Shown here: positions 9,335 through 18,307 of the stretch, piece after piece | How positions within the stretch are numbered: position 1 is the first letter of the stretch | How the letters are laid out: each line of letters opens with the position of its first letter | Virus record (IMG/VR): IMGVR_UViG_3300020021_000012 | Coordinates: 1-58,342 of that record | Direction: 5' to 3' (one strand) | Length of the DNA: 58,342 bases | Origin: a virus | Lineage: Duplodnaviria; Caudoviricetes | The notes under the pieces: model-generated | Databases searched by the model: none | What the model was told of the DNA's origin: nothing | What the model saw: the letters and a program-made list of their open reading frames with translations, nothing else | Made by a program: the position numbers and the translations under genes

Positions 9335-9654
9335 GGCGTGGTTGCCTTCTTGATTGCGGCGCGGATCATTTCGACATCGAGCATGTGCCCGCTGTTGTCA
9401 TCGACGATGAGTGCCACGTCGCTGCCACCCTCTTTCTCGCAATGCTCAAGGCAACTGAGTAGTGCCGCGAACATGTCCGGGGCGGCGGCGAGCAGCCGAG
9501 CGTTGGCCGCCGCCGTGACGGTCTTGCTGTCTGTTTCGAGCGCGCCGCGGTGATCCACGTAGATGCAGGCATTGATGGGCTCGATCTTGTGGGCGTGCCC
9601 GATGCTCGTCTTGACGGTCGTGACTGTCCACGGTCCCGCAGTGTGCTCACTCAT
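9331..9654 (-). CDS. Hypothetical phage protein
   Basis: HTAGPW...ANARLLAAAPDM, a common phage early-protein motif. Confidence 0.75.
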   Translation of the reverse strand: MSEHTAGPWTVTTVKTSIGHAHKIEPINACIYVDHRGALETDSKTVTAAANARLLAAAPDMFAALLSCLEHCEKEGGSDVALIVDDNSGHMLDVEMIRAAIKKATTP

Positions 9655-9806
9655 GATCCGCCTCCAAAGAGAAAATAGAACCCCGCCAGCCCGAGCCCGC
9701 CTCCGACCACAACGGCGGCGAAACACTCCAGATAGTCCCGCGCATTCGCAGCAAGCCTCGCCGCGTCGGCAAGCAGGGGTCCGCCGAATTGGGGGAAGGG
9801 GCGCAT
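9651..9806 (-). CDS. Small membrane protein (51 aa)
   Basis: Manually translated MRPFPQF...GLAGFYFLFGGGS; ATGA-coupled. Confidence 0.5.
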   Translation of the reverse strand: MRPFPQFGGPLLADAARLAANARDYLECFAAVVVGGGLGLAGFYFLFGGGS

Positions 9807-9808
9807 GG

Positions 9809-10165
9809 TCAGAGATTCTGTTCGATGTAGTCGGCGATAACGGCGAAGGATTTTCCGCTATCATTCATCTTGATCAGGATGGATTGCTGCTCCGCGGTGA
9901 GTCCAATCTCTCGTATGTATCCCAGCGATAGTCCCCCGTCGTCGCCATCCCCGATGTTCCGTTCATTCAGAACAGGGACATTCACCAGCGAACGCACACT
10001 GGGTTCGTCCTGCTCAAAATCGTCGAATACAGCTCCGGCGCTCAAACAGAGCACGCCAATACAGCAGTAGGCGTGATCGCGTATATCGTGCAGCACATCT
10101 CGGGCTTGCGCATATTTGCCACTGCGCAGATCGGCCAACCATTTCTCTTTGAGAGCTTGGTCCAT
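9809..10165 (-). CDS. Hypothetical phage protein
   Basis: WLADLRSGKYAQ...YCCIGVLC...MND.GKSF.IADYIE motifs. Confidence 0.75.
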   Translation of the reverse strand: MDQALKEKWLADLRSGKYAQARDVLHDIRDHAYCCIGVLCLSAGAVFDDFEQDEPSVRSLVNVPVLNERNIGDGDDGGLSLGYIREIGLTAEQQSILIKMNDSGKSFAVIADYIEQNL

Positions 10166-10392
10166 CAGATGGCCTCCAGTTGCCTGACGTTGATGTGAGA
10201 CAGTTGCTCGCTGTCATCCCAGCGAACTACGACGTCCCCCACATTGAAGCTTGGCCCCTTCACCACCCCGGTCGTGTCCGTCCGATTGCGCAGACGAACG
10301 CGGACCCCGGCGCGGATGGCCCGCGGGCGGGCGGCCTCCTGCAGGGTCGTAACGAGGCCGGCGATATGGTTGAGACGGGATTGCGCGAGCAT
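10165..10392 (-). CDS. Hypothetical SH3/KOW-like small protein
   Basis: Start re-called at MLAQSRL; GVRVRL...GVV...VVVRWD. Confidence 0.6.
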   Translation of the reverse strand: MLAQSRLNHIAGLVTTLQEAARPRAIRAGVRVRLRNRTDTTGVVKGPSFNVGDVVVRWDDSEQLSHINVRQLEAI

Positions 10393-10394
10393 GG

Positions 10395-10781
10395 TCAGTC
10401 TCCGCTGTCGACGCTCATGTCGAGGCCGCACTTGCTGCAGCGCGCGGGATGCCAGCCCCGCGAGTGGTTGGCGCCCGCGCCCTCGACCGGGGCATGGTCG
10501 CAGATCGCAAATTTCATCGCGGTTGCGCGGCAGGCGCCATCCTTCCACGCCGTCCAAGCGACGATGCCGGTGCCTTGCAGGCCGCCGCCCTGGCCATAGT
10601 CGAGGAAGAAGCGCGCGCCCCATTCGGTGCGACCGCCCAGCAGCGCGCGACCGGAATGCATCTCGCGATAATGGAGGATCGCCGCGCCGACATCGCCTTC
10701 CACGGCCTTCGCATTCGGCACCTCGACCTTGCCGTTCACGATAGGCATCAGGTCGTCGTCGAGCGTGTATCGTTTGGTCAT
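10395..10781 (-). CDS. Hypothetical protein (copy 2 of duplicated gene)
   Basis: Protein identical to 6393-6779 except residues 2 and 6. Confidence 0.8.
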   Translation of the reverse strand: MTKRYTLDDDLMPIVNGKVEVPNAKAVEGDVGAAILHYREMHSGRALLGGRTEWGARFFLDYGQGGGLQGTGIVAWTAWKDGACRATAMKFAICDHAPVEGAGANHSRGWHPARCSKCGLDMSVDSGD

Positions 10782-10910
10782 GATGTTTCCCTCAAAAAAC
10801 GATGATGTTGCCGAGCAGCGAGCACCCAGCCACGCCCGCACTCACCATCACCGCAACGGCACCGAGCGCCGCGAAGTCGAGGATGAGATGGAGCTTGAGG
10901 CTGGGCATGT

Positions 10911-11063
10911 TCATTTGCTGGCCTCGTAGCGGGCGAGAACGGCGTCCATCCGGTCGAGCAACTTGCTCTCAGAGATGCTTTTGCCGGTTCGGATGCGCAG
11001 CACGCGGCGCGCTTCCGTCAGCGTAGCGGCGAGCTCCTCAACGCATTCCATCATGTCGGCCAT
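10911..11063 (-). CDS. Hypothetical protein (50 aa)
   Basis: Manually translated MADMMECVEELAATL...; AAGGA RBS. Confidence 0.5.
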   Translation of the reverse strand: MADMMECVEELAATLTEARRVLRIRTGKSISESKLLDRMDAVLARYEASK

Positions 11064-11095
11064 CGGTCTGGTCCTTCGTGTCTGTCAGGCGGCGG

Positions 11096-11248
11096 TTAGG
11101 CGCGAGCCCGGCGAAACGCGAGGATGGAGATCAGCTTTCCAAGACCCCAGCCGATGAGCATCGGCAGGATGATTGCGATGGTCAGCCAGCCCGTGATCGG
11201 CGGGTAGATCATCTCGAGCAGTCCGGCGGCGATCAGGATGTAGAGCAT
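11096..11248 (-). CDS. Small two-TM membrane protein, first gene after PL
   Basis: MLYILIAAGLL...; GGGAG RBS. Confidence 0.6.
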   Translation of the reverse strand: MLYILIAAGLLEMIYPPITGWLTIAIILPMLIGWGLGKLISILAFRRARA

Positions 11249-11275
11249 CTGCGTTCTCCCCGTTTCGATGGGGGC

Positions 11276-11340
11276 ATTATGCGCATGTGAATATATGAAG
11301 TCAATACGCGGACGCATAAAAAAATGCACAAAGATGCATT
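11276..11340 (-). promoter_or_regulatory. PL promoter with OL operators
   Basis: Minus-strand TTGACT-17-CATAAT (11304 to 11276); operator-like TATGCG-N4-TGAATA (11278-11293) and AATACG-N4-CGCATA (11303-11318). Confidence 0.75.
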
Positions 11341-11373
11341 TATTTTATTGTGCGGTGCACAATATGCGTGGGA

Positions 11374-11955
11374 TCAGTCTACGCGTATCCAGGTGATGCG
11401 GGCGGCCCAGGTCACGAGCTGGTCCAGGAGGACCCCGCCGGCCGCTGAATAGAGGTCGAAATGGCCCTTGTCCCGGCCGCGGACGAGCCGTTTGATCAAA
11501 ATGCGGCCATCCAAGAGGCCCAGAACGCAAAGCTTCCCTAGGAGGTCGTCGGTAGGGGGATCGCGGCGGTCGTCATAGTAGACTGTCCAGCCATCTTCGA
11601 GCTGGCCCGTCATGCTGTCCCCGCGGACCACAACGGCCACGGTTTCTTTTCTTGCTCCTCCAGGGGGCATTGGCGCCTCTCCGAAGGGGCCTTGTCCTTC
11701 TTCGTAGAGGACAGCCCCGCCAGCACCGACGTAACCAACGACTGGAATTGTCTCGGAAGCGAAGTTGTCTGAAGGTTGAATAACACCTTTTAGGCGCGCA
11801 TAATCCAAGATCACGTCTTTGTGATCCGATTCCGGGGAGTGGCCCTTTTCCCAGCGTGAAACGGTGGGCTGAGAAACGCGCAGGTCTTGCGCCAGCTCGG
11901 CCTGGTTCTTTCCGGTGACCTTTTTCAGGTCCCGTATGATTCGGGAGACGTTCAT
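11374..11955 (-). CDS. cI: CI-like repressor (XRE HTH plus S24 peptidase)
   Basis: QAELAQDLRVSQPTVSRWE; VGAG cleavage site, GDSM serine and IKRL lysine. Confidence 0.92.
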   Translation of the reverse strand: MNVSRIIRDLKKVTGKNQAELAQDLRVSQPTVSRWEKGHSPESDHKDVILDYARLKGVIQPSDNFASETIPVVGYVGAGGAVLYEEGQGPFGEAPMPPGGARKETVAVVVRGDSMTGQLEDGWTVYYDDRRDPPTDDLLGKLCVLGLLDGRILIKRLVRGRDKGHFDLYSAAGGVLLDQLVTWAARITWIRVD

Positions 11956-11964
11956 AACGGCCCT

Positions 11965-12044
11965 TTCTATGCGATAGCGCATAGAACGAGGCAAATGCAT
12001 CGAAGCATAAATTTCTTGACGACGGCTATTCTTATGCGCATTAT
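11965..12044 (+). promoter_or_regulatory. OR operators and PR promoter
   Basis: Palindrome TTCTATGCG-ATAG-CGCATAGAA (11965-11986), variants at 11994-12009 and 12027-12042; TTGACG-17-CATTAT (12016-12044). Confidence 0.8.
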
Positions 12045-12050
12045 GCGTGA

Positions 12051-12272
12051 ATGAACCCCATCCGGCACATCCGCCTAACCGTTTTCAAGATGATCCAGGC
12101 GGACTTTGCCGAGTTTGCCGGCGTCACCCAAGCCACTGTTTCTAGGTGGGAAAACGGTGAATTCGAGCCAAACCGGGACGACATGGAGCGCATCAGGCGG
12201 GCCGCTATCGACCGAGGAAAGCCTTGGGACGATCGGTGGTTCTTCGAGGTGCCAGAGCAGGCTGCATCATGA
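12051..12272 (+). CDS. cro: Cro-like HTH protein (probably leaderless)
   Basis: QADFAEFAGVTQATVSRWE; divergent from cI; ATG 6 nt after the -10 box. Confidence 0.88.
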   Translation: MNPIRHIRLTVFKMIQADFAEFAGVTQATVSRWENGEFEPNRDDMERIRRAAIDRGKPWDDRWFFEVPEQAAS

Positions 12273-12916
12273 GCGATCTCGATCTCATCAGCCTCGTGAA
12301 TGGCGCGGCATCGCAGCTTTTGATCCCGCGCCCGGAGCGGCGCTTCAAGCGATGGCGGCCGGAGGAAGATGAATATCTGCGCCAAGAATGGTTGCGCCAC
12401 ACCCCTGCTCAGGAAATCGCGAAAGCCCTGATCCGAAGCGTCGGCGTCATCCGGCAGCGGATTTTTCATAACCACAAAGACTTGCATGGCAAGCGCGTCC
12501 CTGGCGCAACGCGCCTTGTTCGAAAGCATGGGCACGCAGTTTTGCAGGCTGGTGGCACGCCCGCTGAAGCCGCAGCCGCAATGAAGGCAGCTAAAGTCCT
12601 AGCCTATGCTGATGCGAAAGCGTCCGCCACCAAGGCTAAGCAGGCGCGATATGAAGTTGCCCTCTCCGTAATGCGATCTGCGATTGCCAATGGCGGCGAT
12701 CGGGACATGGCAATCTTCGTAGCCCGAGCCGAGGGCGTTCGTCTCGAAGCTCTCGGTAAGGAGTTCAAGATTACGCGCGAGCGCATTCGCCAAATCTGCG
12801 AGAAAGTCGCCTTCACCATCTCACTGGAAGCGCAGCTCAAGAATAGCGATGAGCGCGCCCGTCTTCTCGATCAATCTCAACCAACTCCGGCCGCTCTCGC
12901 CAAAGAACCGGCCTGA
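12269..12916 (+). CDS. DNA-binding protein with Myb-like N-terminal and sigma70-region-4-like C-terminal HTH
   Basis: WRPEEDEYLR...EIAKAL and LEALGKEFKITRERIRQI. Confidence 0.65.
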   Translation: MSDLDLISLVNGAASQLLIPRPERRFKRWRPEEDEYLRQEWLRHTPAQEIAKALIRSVGVIRQRIFHNHKDLHGKRVPGATRLVRKHGHAVLQAGGTPAEAAAAMKAAKVLAYADAKASATKAKQARYEVALSVMRSAIANGGDRDMAIFVARAEGVRLEALGKEFKITRERIRQICEKVAFTISLEAQLKNSDERARLLDQSQPTPAALAKEPA

Positions 12917-13013
12917 ACTCTCTGTACCGGCGCCAGCCGGGGACGTGTGTCTGTAGTGTTTGCGTAGACTCCCGTTGTTGTGACCTCAACATGACAACGG
13001 GAGTTTCCGAAAA

Positions 13014-13364
13014 ATGGAAAAGGTTTCCATGCGTGAATTAATCGCTGCGGTCGCTGGGCCTCGGTTGGACGGCGACAATCGGAAGAGTTGGTTGAACCGG
13101 GCCGCCCGCAAGTCGGGCTTATCGTTCCGATCGGTAAAGGCAGTGTTTTATGGCGAAATCACAGACGAGAATCACAGTGCAGTACGACTCCTCAAATACG
13201 CCGCCCGAGAGCGCGCGCAAACTCTGGCGAGCCGCTTCGAAACGATCGCGCGGGGGATGGAGTCGGCCGATCCGGATTTCTATCGCGCTGATGTGCTTGG
13301 CCTTATCGACGCGGCTCGCGCTCTTCGCGGTCTGGCTAGCCCCGGAGATGACCCAGAGGATTGA
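13014..13364 (+). CDS. CII-like regulator
   Basis: HTH-like AARKSGLSFRSVKAVFYGE; position after cro. Confidence 0.55.
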   Translation: MEKVSMRELIAAVAGPRLDGDNRKSWLNRAARKSGLSFRSVKAVFYGEITDENHSAVRLLKYAARERAQTLASRFETIARGMESADPDFYRADVLGLIDAARALRGLASPGDDPED

Positions 13365-13367
13365 CCG

Positions 13368-13814
13368 ATGACAGCGTGGTCGGAAGAGCGCATTGCCGAC
13401 TTGCGCGAGCAATGCGCGAGCCCGGAACGGCCATCGGCCGGCGACATGGCTCTACGATACGGGATAACGCGCAACGCCGTCATCGGGAAGGTGAAACGGC
13501 TGGGCCTCCTGTTGCCCAATCATGGCTCCTACAACTCACATTCCGGCGTCCGACCGCGCAAAAGCCCCGAGCGCAAGACGAGATTCTACGCGCCGCCAAC
13601 TCAGCCCGATACGACGCCCGTGTCCGTCGATCCGCCCATCCCCTTCGACGGCAAGGGCGTGACGCTGTTCGAGCTCTGGGAGGGGACGTGCCGATTCCCA
13701 ATTGGCGACCCGCAGGATGCAGCATTCCGTTTCTGTGGCCGTCCGCCTCGAGCGGGCTCCCCTTACTGCCGGGAATGCCACGGTTTGGCCTACCAACCGT
13801 GGCGCCGCGCATGA
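13368..13814 (+). CDS. gcrA: GcrA-like cell-cycle regulator
   Basis: WSEERIADL...TRNAVIGKVKRLGL...TCRFPIGDP...FCG...PYCREC. Confidence 0.88.
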   Translation: MTAWSEERIADLREQCASPERPSAGDMALRYGITRNAVIGKVKRLGLLLPNHGSYNSHSGVRPRKSPERKTRFYAPPTQPDTTPVSVDPPIPFDGKGVTLFELWEGTCRFPIGDPQDAAFRFCGRPPRAGSPYCRECHGLAYQPWRRA

Positions 13815-14251
13815 TCCGTGCCGCCCTACCAGCCATCGATACCTCAGCGCCACCGTTCGCGCTGCCTCCCGACGTCGTGCTTGACATTCCCGTGCCGCCA
13901 TCTGTGAACCGCACCCGCAGGGTCAATCATGCCCACTCCGGGAAGGTGACGGCCTGGGAAAAGGCCGCGGACGGCCTCCTGATGGCCTCTGGGCAGTATC
14001 GCAGGGCGCGCAAGGTTCCTGGCCGGTTCGAGCTCAAGATCGTCCTGTGCGAGCAGAAATGCCGGCTGGATGCCGATAACCCCGTCAAGCAGGCCGTGGA
14101 TTATCTGCGGCGGCTCGAGCTGATCACCAACGACGACAAGCGGTTCATGCGCAAGCTCACGATCGAGTGGGGCGAGGCGCCAGAAGGCTGCCGGCTGATC
14201 CTGCGGGAGATCGGACCAGCGCGGGTTGGTGCTTATGGGGTGGGCCGATGA
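13811..14251 (+). CDS. rusA: RusA-like Holliday junction resolvase
   Basis: PPSVN, DADNPVK...DYL, NDD motifs. Confidence 0.8.
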   Translation: MIRAALPAIDTSAPPFALPPDVVLDIPVPPSVNRTRRVNHAHSGKVTAWEKAADGLLMASGQYRRARKVPGRFELKIVLCEQKCRLDADNPVKQAVDYLRRLELITNDDKRFMRKLTIEWGEAPEGCRLILREIGPARVGAYGVGR

Positions 14252-15042
14252 GCCGCATCGAGCATCTCTCCGATTCCGTGACGCTGCATCTCGGCGATTG
14301 CCGGAAGATATTGCCGACGCTTCCGAAATTCGACGCCTGCGTCACCGATCCGCCCTATGGGATCGACTACGGAAATCAAGGATCGTTCCAGGCATCGCAC
14401 GGTTGGGGGCCTTGGCGCGAGAATGTCGCATGGGACGCGCAGAGGCCGGAACGAGCGATCTTCGATGCAATGCTCGCTTGCAGCAAGCATCAAATCATAT
14501 GGGGCGGAAACTACTTCACGGACTATCTGCCGCCGACGATGCAATGGTTCATCTGGGACAAAGGCCAGCGCAATTTCTCTCTAGCGGATTTCGAGATCGC
14601 TTGGTCCTCGCAGGAGGCCGCATCTCGCATCGTGGCAATTCCGCGTGCGGTAGCGCGGCTTGATGGCAAAGAGCATCCGACCCAAAAACCGATTGATCTG
14701 ATGTGCTGGTGCATCGAGAAGCTACCACCCCCTGCCCATAGAATTGTTGATCCCTTCATGGGCAGCGGAACGACGGGAATCGCAGCCGTGAAGCTGGGCC
14801 GTCGCTTCACTGGCATCGAAATTCACGAGCCATATTTCGACATCGCCTGCCGGCGCATCACCGATCAGTTGTCGCGGCCGATGCTGGCGCTAGAACAGCC
14901 TCCCCAGGCCAAGCAGGAGGCTTTCCAGTACGACGCGGAAAAGGACTTCGCCGGAAGCCTGGAGGAGGGATACCGCACCATCAGGGAGCGCGTGGCGGCC
15001 GGTGGCGAGCCTTGGGTTCCGAAAATTCCGGGGCAGATTTGA
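14248..15042 (+). CDS. DNA N6-A/N4-C methyltransferase (beta class)
   Basis: TDPPY, HPTQKP, DPFMGSGTT. Confidence 0.92.
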   Translation: MSRIEHLSDSVTLHLGDCRKILPTLPKFDACVTDPPYGIDYGNQGSFQASHGWGPWRENVAWDAQRPERAIFDAMLACSKHQIIWGGNYFTDYLPPTMQWFIWDKGQRNFSLADFEIAWSSQEAASRIVAIPRAVARLDGKEHPTQKPIDLMCWCIEKLPPPAHRIVDPFMGSGTTGIAAVKLGRRFTGIEIHEPYFDIACRRITDQLSRPMLALEQPPQAKQEAFQYDAEKDFAGSLEEGYRTIRERVAAGGEPWVPKIPGQI

Positions 15043-15512
15043 TGGCCCGAATCCGATCCATCAAACCCGAATTCTGGACCAGCGAACAGGTCATGGAGTG
15101 TTCGCCGAATGCCCGATTGCTGTTCATCGGCCTGTGGAATTTCTGCGACGACGCCGGTCGCCATCCATTTTCGGCTCGGCAGATCAAAGCCGAGATAATG
15201 CCGGGTGACGATGTGTCTTCCGAGAACATTCGTGGAATGCTCGAAGAGCTTTCTAGGATCGGTCTTATTGAGGTTTATGAGGTTGATAATAAACAGTATT
15301 TGCAGGTTACAGGATGGCATCATCAAAGGATCGACAAACCCCAAGTCCCCAAGTATCCGGCAAAACCCAAAAACCATTCCACGAATGTTCCAAGAACACT
15401 CCCGCCTGATACGATAGGAGAAGAAGGGAAGAAAGTAAGTAAGAGCCTCAGCCAAGAAGGGGAAGATCTTAGTAGGGTACTAACCCCCTTCCGCCGCGGG
15501 GGTGGCGAATGA
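15042..15512 (+). CDS. Phage replication initiator (N-terminal HTH type), short; purine-rich 3' end may hold the origin
   Basis: MARIRSIKPEFW...LLFIGLWNFCDDAG...HQRIDKP. Confidence 0.75.
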   Translation: MARIRSIKPEFWTSEQVMECSPNARLLFIGLWNFCDDAGRHPFSARQIKAEIMPGDDVSSENIRGMLEELSRIGLIEVYEVDNKQYLQVTGWHHQRIDKPQVPKYPAKPKNHSTNVPRTLPPDTIGEEGKKVSKSLSQEGEDLSRVLTPFRRGGGE

Positions 15513-16984
15513 ACCGTGAACTGTTCCCCCATCAGGTCACGGCCATCGAAATGCTCAGGGCCTCCCTTGGCTCGGGCAAACGTAGGCCGGTGCTGCAAGC
15601 TCCGACAGGTTTCGGCAAGACGATGCTCGCCGCGGCGATAGTCGAGGGGGCATTGGCCAAGCGCAAGCGGGTGATCTTCACGGTGCCTGCGCTGTCGTTG
15701 GTTGACCAGACCGTCCAGGCGTTCTGGGACGAGGGCGTTCGCGACGTCGGCGTGATCCAGGGCTATCACGCGATGACTGAGGCATCCCGTCCGGTACAGG
15801 TCGCGAGCGTGCAAACGCTGATGCGGCGTGAAGTGCCGATGGCCGATGTCGTGGTGATCGACGAATGCCATCGGTGGTTTGATTTCTACGGCCGATGGAT
15901 GACCGAAGCGGCATGGCAGAACGTGCCGTTCATCGGCTTGTCGGCAACGCCGTGGACGCGCGGGCTCGGTCGATACTACGATGATCTGATCATCGCCGCG
16001 ACGACTGACGATTTGATCAAGTCCGACTATCTCGCACCGTTCCGTGTGTTCGCCCCGTCGCATCCGGATTTGAGCAAAGTTCGAACCGTGGCTGGGGACT
16101 ATCACGAGGGCGATCTGTCCGACGTGATGAACGACAATCCGCTCGTGGCCGACGTGGTGGAAACTTGGCTGAGGAGAGCTGAGGGTCGGTCAACGTTTTG
16201 TTTCGCGGTCGATCGGGCACACGCCAAACATTTGCAGGAGAAGTTCACGGCGGCTGGTGTCTCGACTGGCTACATCGATGCCAACACACCGGTTTCAGAA
16301 CGTGAGGTGATCAAGGGCAAATTCCACAACGGGGAGATTCGCGTTGTCTGCAACGTCGGCTGTCTGACGACGGGGATTGATTGGGATGTGCGCTGCATCG
16401 TCCTGGCTCGGCCGACCAAATCTGAGATGTTATTTGTTCAGATCATCGGGCGGGGATTGCGAACGGCTGAGGGCAAAGAGGATTGTTTGATCCTCGATCA
16501 TTCCGACACGCATATTCGGCTCGGTTTCGTTACCGACATTCATCACGACGCGCTTGACGACGGCCGCCCTCGCGCCCAGCCGAAGATGTCGGATCGCGTG
16601 AAGCTTCCGAAAGAATGCCCGAAGTGCGCATTCCTGAAACCGCCTCGCATGCAGAATTGTCCGGCATGCGGTTTCAAGGCCGAAGCGGTTTCCAACGTCA
16701 AAATGGGCGATGGCGATCTGGTGGAGGTGAACGGCCGCAAGCGCAGCGATGCGACGATGGATGAGAAAGTGATGTTCTTCGGCGAGCTGAAAGGCTTTGC
16801 CGTGGAGCGCGGATACAAGCCGGGATGGGCAGCAAATCAGTATCGGCAGAAGTTCGGTGTGTGGCCTCGAGGAATTGACGACGTCACGCCGCGCGAGCCT
16901 TCGATGAAAACACGGAGTTGGGTCAAGTCACGCCTGATCGCATGGGCCAAGAGCAAAAAGCGGGAAGATCATGCAACCGCTTGA
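15509..16984 (+). CDS. SF2 DEAD/DEAH-like helicase with C-terminal Zn finger
   Basis: PTGFGKT, DECH, SAT, QIIGRGLR, CPKC/CPAC. Confidence 0.92.
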   Translation: MNRELFPHQVTAIEMLRASLGSGKRRPVLQAPTGFGKTMLAAAIVEGALAKRKRVIFTVPALSLVDQTVQAFWDEGVRDVGVIQGYHAMTEASRPVQVASVQTLMRREVPMADVVVIDECHRWFDFYGRWMTEAAWQNVPFIGLSATPWTRGLGRYYDDLIIAATTDDLIKSDYLAPFRVFAPSHPDLSKVRTVAGDYHEGDLSDVMNDNPLVADVVETWLRRAEGRSTFCFAVDRAHAKHLQEKFTAAGVSTGYIDANTPVSEREVIKGKFHNGEIRVVCNVGCLTTGIDWDVRCIVLARPTKSEMLFVQIIGRGLRTAEGKEDCLILDHSDTHIRLGFVTDIHHDALDDGRPRAQPKMSDRVKLPKECPKCAFLKPPRMQNCPACGFKAEAVSNVKMGDGDLVEVNGRKRSDATMDEKVMFFGELKGFAVERGYKPGWAANQYRQKFGVWPRGIDDVTPREPSMKTRSWVKSRLIAWAKSKKREDHATA

Positions 16985-17909
16985 GCGCACCCTCGATCGT
17001 GCTCGCGGCCGATGGCATGGCATTCTGCCGGCGCTCGGCGTGCCGAAGAGTTTCTTATCGGGCAAACATCAGCCTTGCCCCATTTGCGGGGGCAAGGATC
17101 GTGCTCGGTTCGATGACCTGGAGGCGCGGGGAACTTTCTACTGCTCGCATTGCGGGGCGGGGTCAGGCATCGATTTGCTGATGAAGCTTCATGGCTGGGA
17201 TTTTAGGGAGGCCACGAAGCGCATTGACCAGATCATCGGCTCGGTCGTGGTTCGGGCCGCCAAGCCGTTGCAGACAGACGATCAGAAACGCGAGGCGATG
17301 AACAAGCTGTGGCGTACCAGCCGGCCAATTACCATGATCGATCCGGCTGGGCGCTATCTGTTCTCGCGCTGCGGCATCAAGCAATTCCCATCGTGCCTAC
17401 GGGTGGCCAGCAACGTCCGCTATCAGGCCGACCCGCCGAGCTTCCACCGCGCCATGATCGCGATGGTGACCGGGCCCGATGGCAAAGCCTCGATCCTGCA
17501 CCGAACCTATCTGACTGCGGACGGTCGAAAGGCCAACGTCGAGGCGCCCCGCCGCCTGATGCCGGGCACCGTCGCCAAAGGGGCCGCCATTCGCCTCACG
17601 GAGGCCGCTGAGACGCTCGGAATTAGCGAGGGCATCGAGACAGCCCTCTCGGCCACGATCCTCTCAGGCGTGCCCTGCTGGGCGGCTGTGAGTGCATCCA
17701 TGCTCATGGCTTGGCAGCCTCCTCCGGAGGTCCGCCGCGTTATCGTTTTCGGCGACCATGACCAGGGCTTTGCTGGCCATGCCGCGGCCTATGCGCTGGC
17801 CAAACGGCTCGCGACAGATCGCGCCGTCGAGGTCCGGATTCCGGATCAGCCTGGCACGGACTGGAACGACGTTCACCGCCTCGTCCAAGCCAAGACGGAG
17901 GCCGCCTAG
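16971..17909 (+). CDS. Primase (Zn ribbon plus TOPRIM)
   Basis: HQPCPICGGKDRARF...CSHC; EGIETALS; GDHD; DWND. Confidence 0.9.
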   Translation: MQPLERTLDRARGRWHGILPALGVPKSFLSGKHQPCPICGGKDRARFDDLEARGTFYCSHCGAGSGIDLLMKLHGWDFREATKRIDQIIGSVVVRAAKPLQTDDQKREAMNKLWRTSRPITMIDPAGRYLFSRCGIKQFPSCLRVASNVRYQADPPSFHRAMIAMVTGPDGKASILHRTYLTADGRKANVEAPRRLMPGTVAKGAAIRLTEAAETLGISEGIETALSATILSGVPCWAAVSASMLMAWQPPPEVRRVIVFGDHDQGFAGHAAAYALAKRLATDRAVEVRIPDQPGTDWNDVHRLVQAKTEAA

Positions 17910-18116
17910 ATGTTCGATCCAAAATACCGAATCCGACATCGCGTCACGTCGATCAATCGGCTTGCCCGATATGAGCGATTGCCGCCGCCAATGGTCGATG
18001 AGCCCCGCGATGCTCGATCGGGTGATTGGGAAGATCGGTGTCGTGCGGTCTACGACTACATGATCGCGATTAAGCGACGCCGCGGTCTCTGGTTCTACTC
18101 CGTGGATGGGCAATAG
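17910..18116 (+). CDS. Hypothetical protein
   Basis: 68 aa, GGAGG RBS. Confidence 0.55.
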   Translation: MFDPKYRIRHRVTSINRLARYERLPPPMVDEPRDARSGDWEDRCRAVYDYMIAIKRRRGLWFYSVDGQ

Positions 18117-18118
18117 GC

Positions 18119-18307
18119 ATGCCAACCACCAACCACTACCGCGAAACCGAGCATCACCGGTATGCCCGCCGCCGGGCGCACCGTCAGAGGTTCGCCAACG
18201 AGTGTACGCCCAACGCCTGCCAGGACCGCACCGATTGGTTTGACGACGCCCAGGGTAACCCGACGCGTCTGGTGGGGGATTTGGCGCGGGAGGGAGCGGA
18301 GGCATGA
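18119..18307 (+). CDS. Hypothetical protein
   Basis: 62 aa, ATGA-coupled to the MTase. Confidence 0.5.
   Translation: MPTTNHYRETEHHRYARRRAHRQRFANECTPNACQDRTDWFDDAQGNPTRLVGDLAREGAEA

Noticed and set aside
6393-10781. Diversity-generating retroelement template/variable repeat pair
   Set aside because: Differences are synonymous and not adenine-specific, and no reverse transcriptase is present.
10792-10914. 40-aa lipoprotein with VAGC lipobox as an o-spanin
   Set aside because: Lies in the early leftward arm with only 9 residues after the Cys, too short and misplaced for a spanin.
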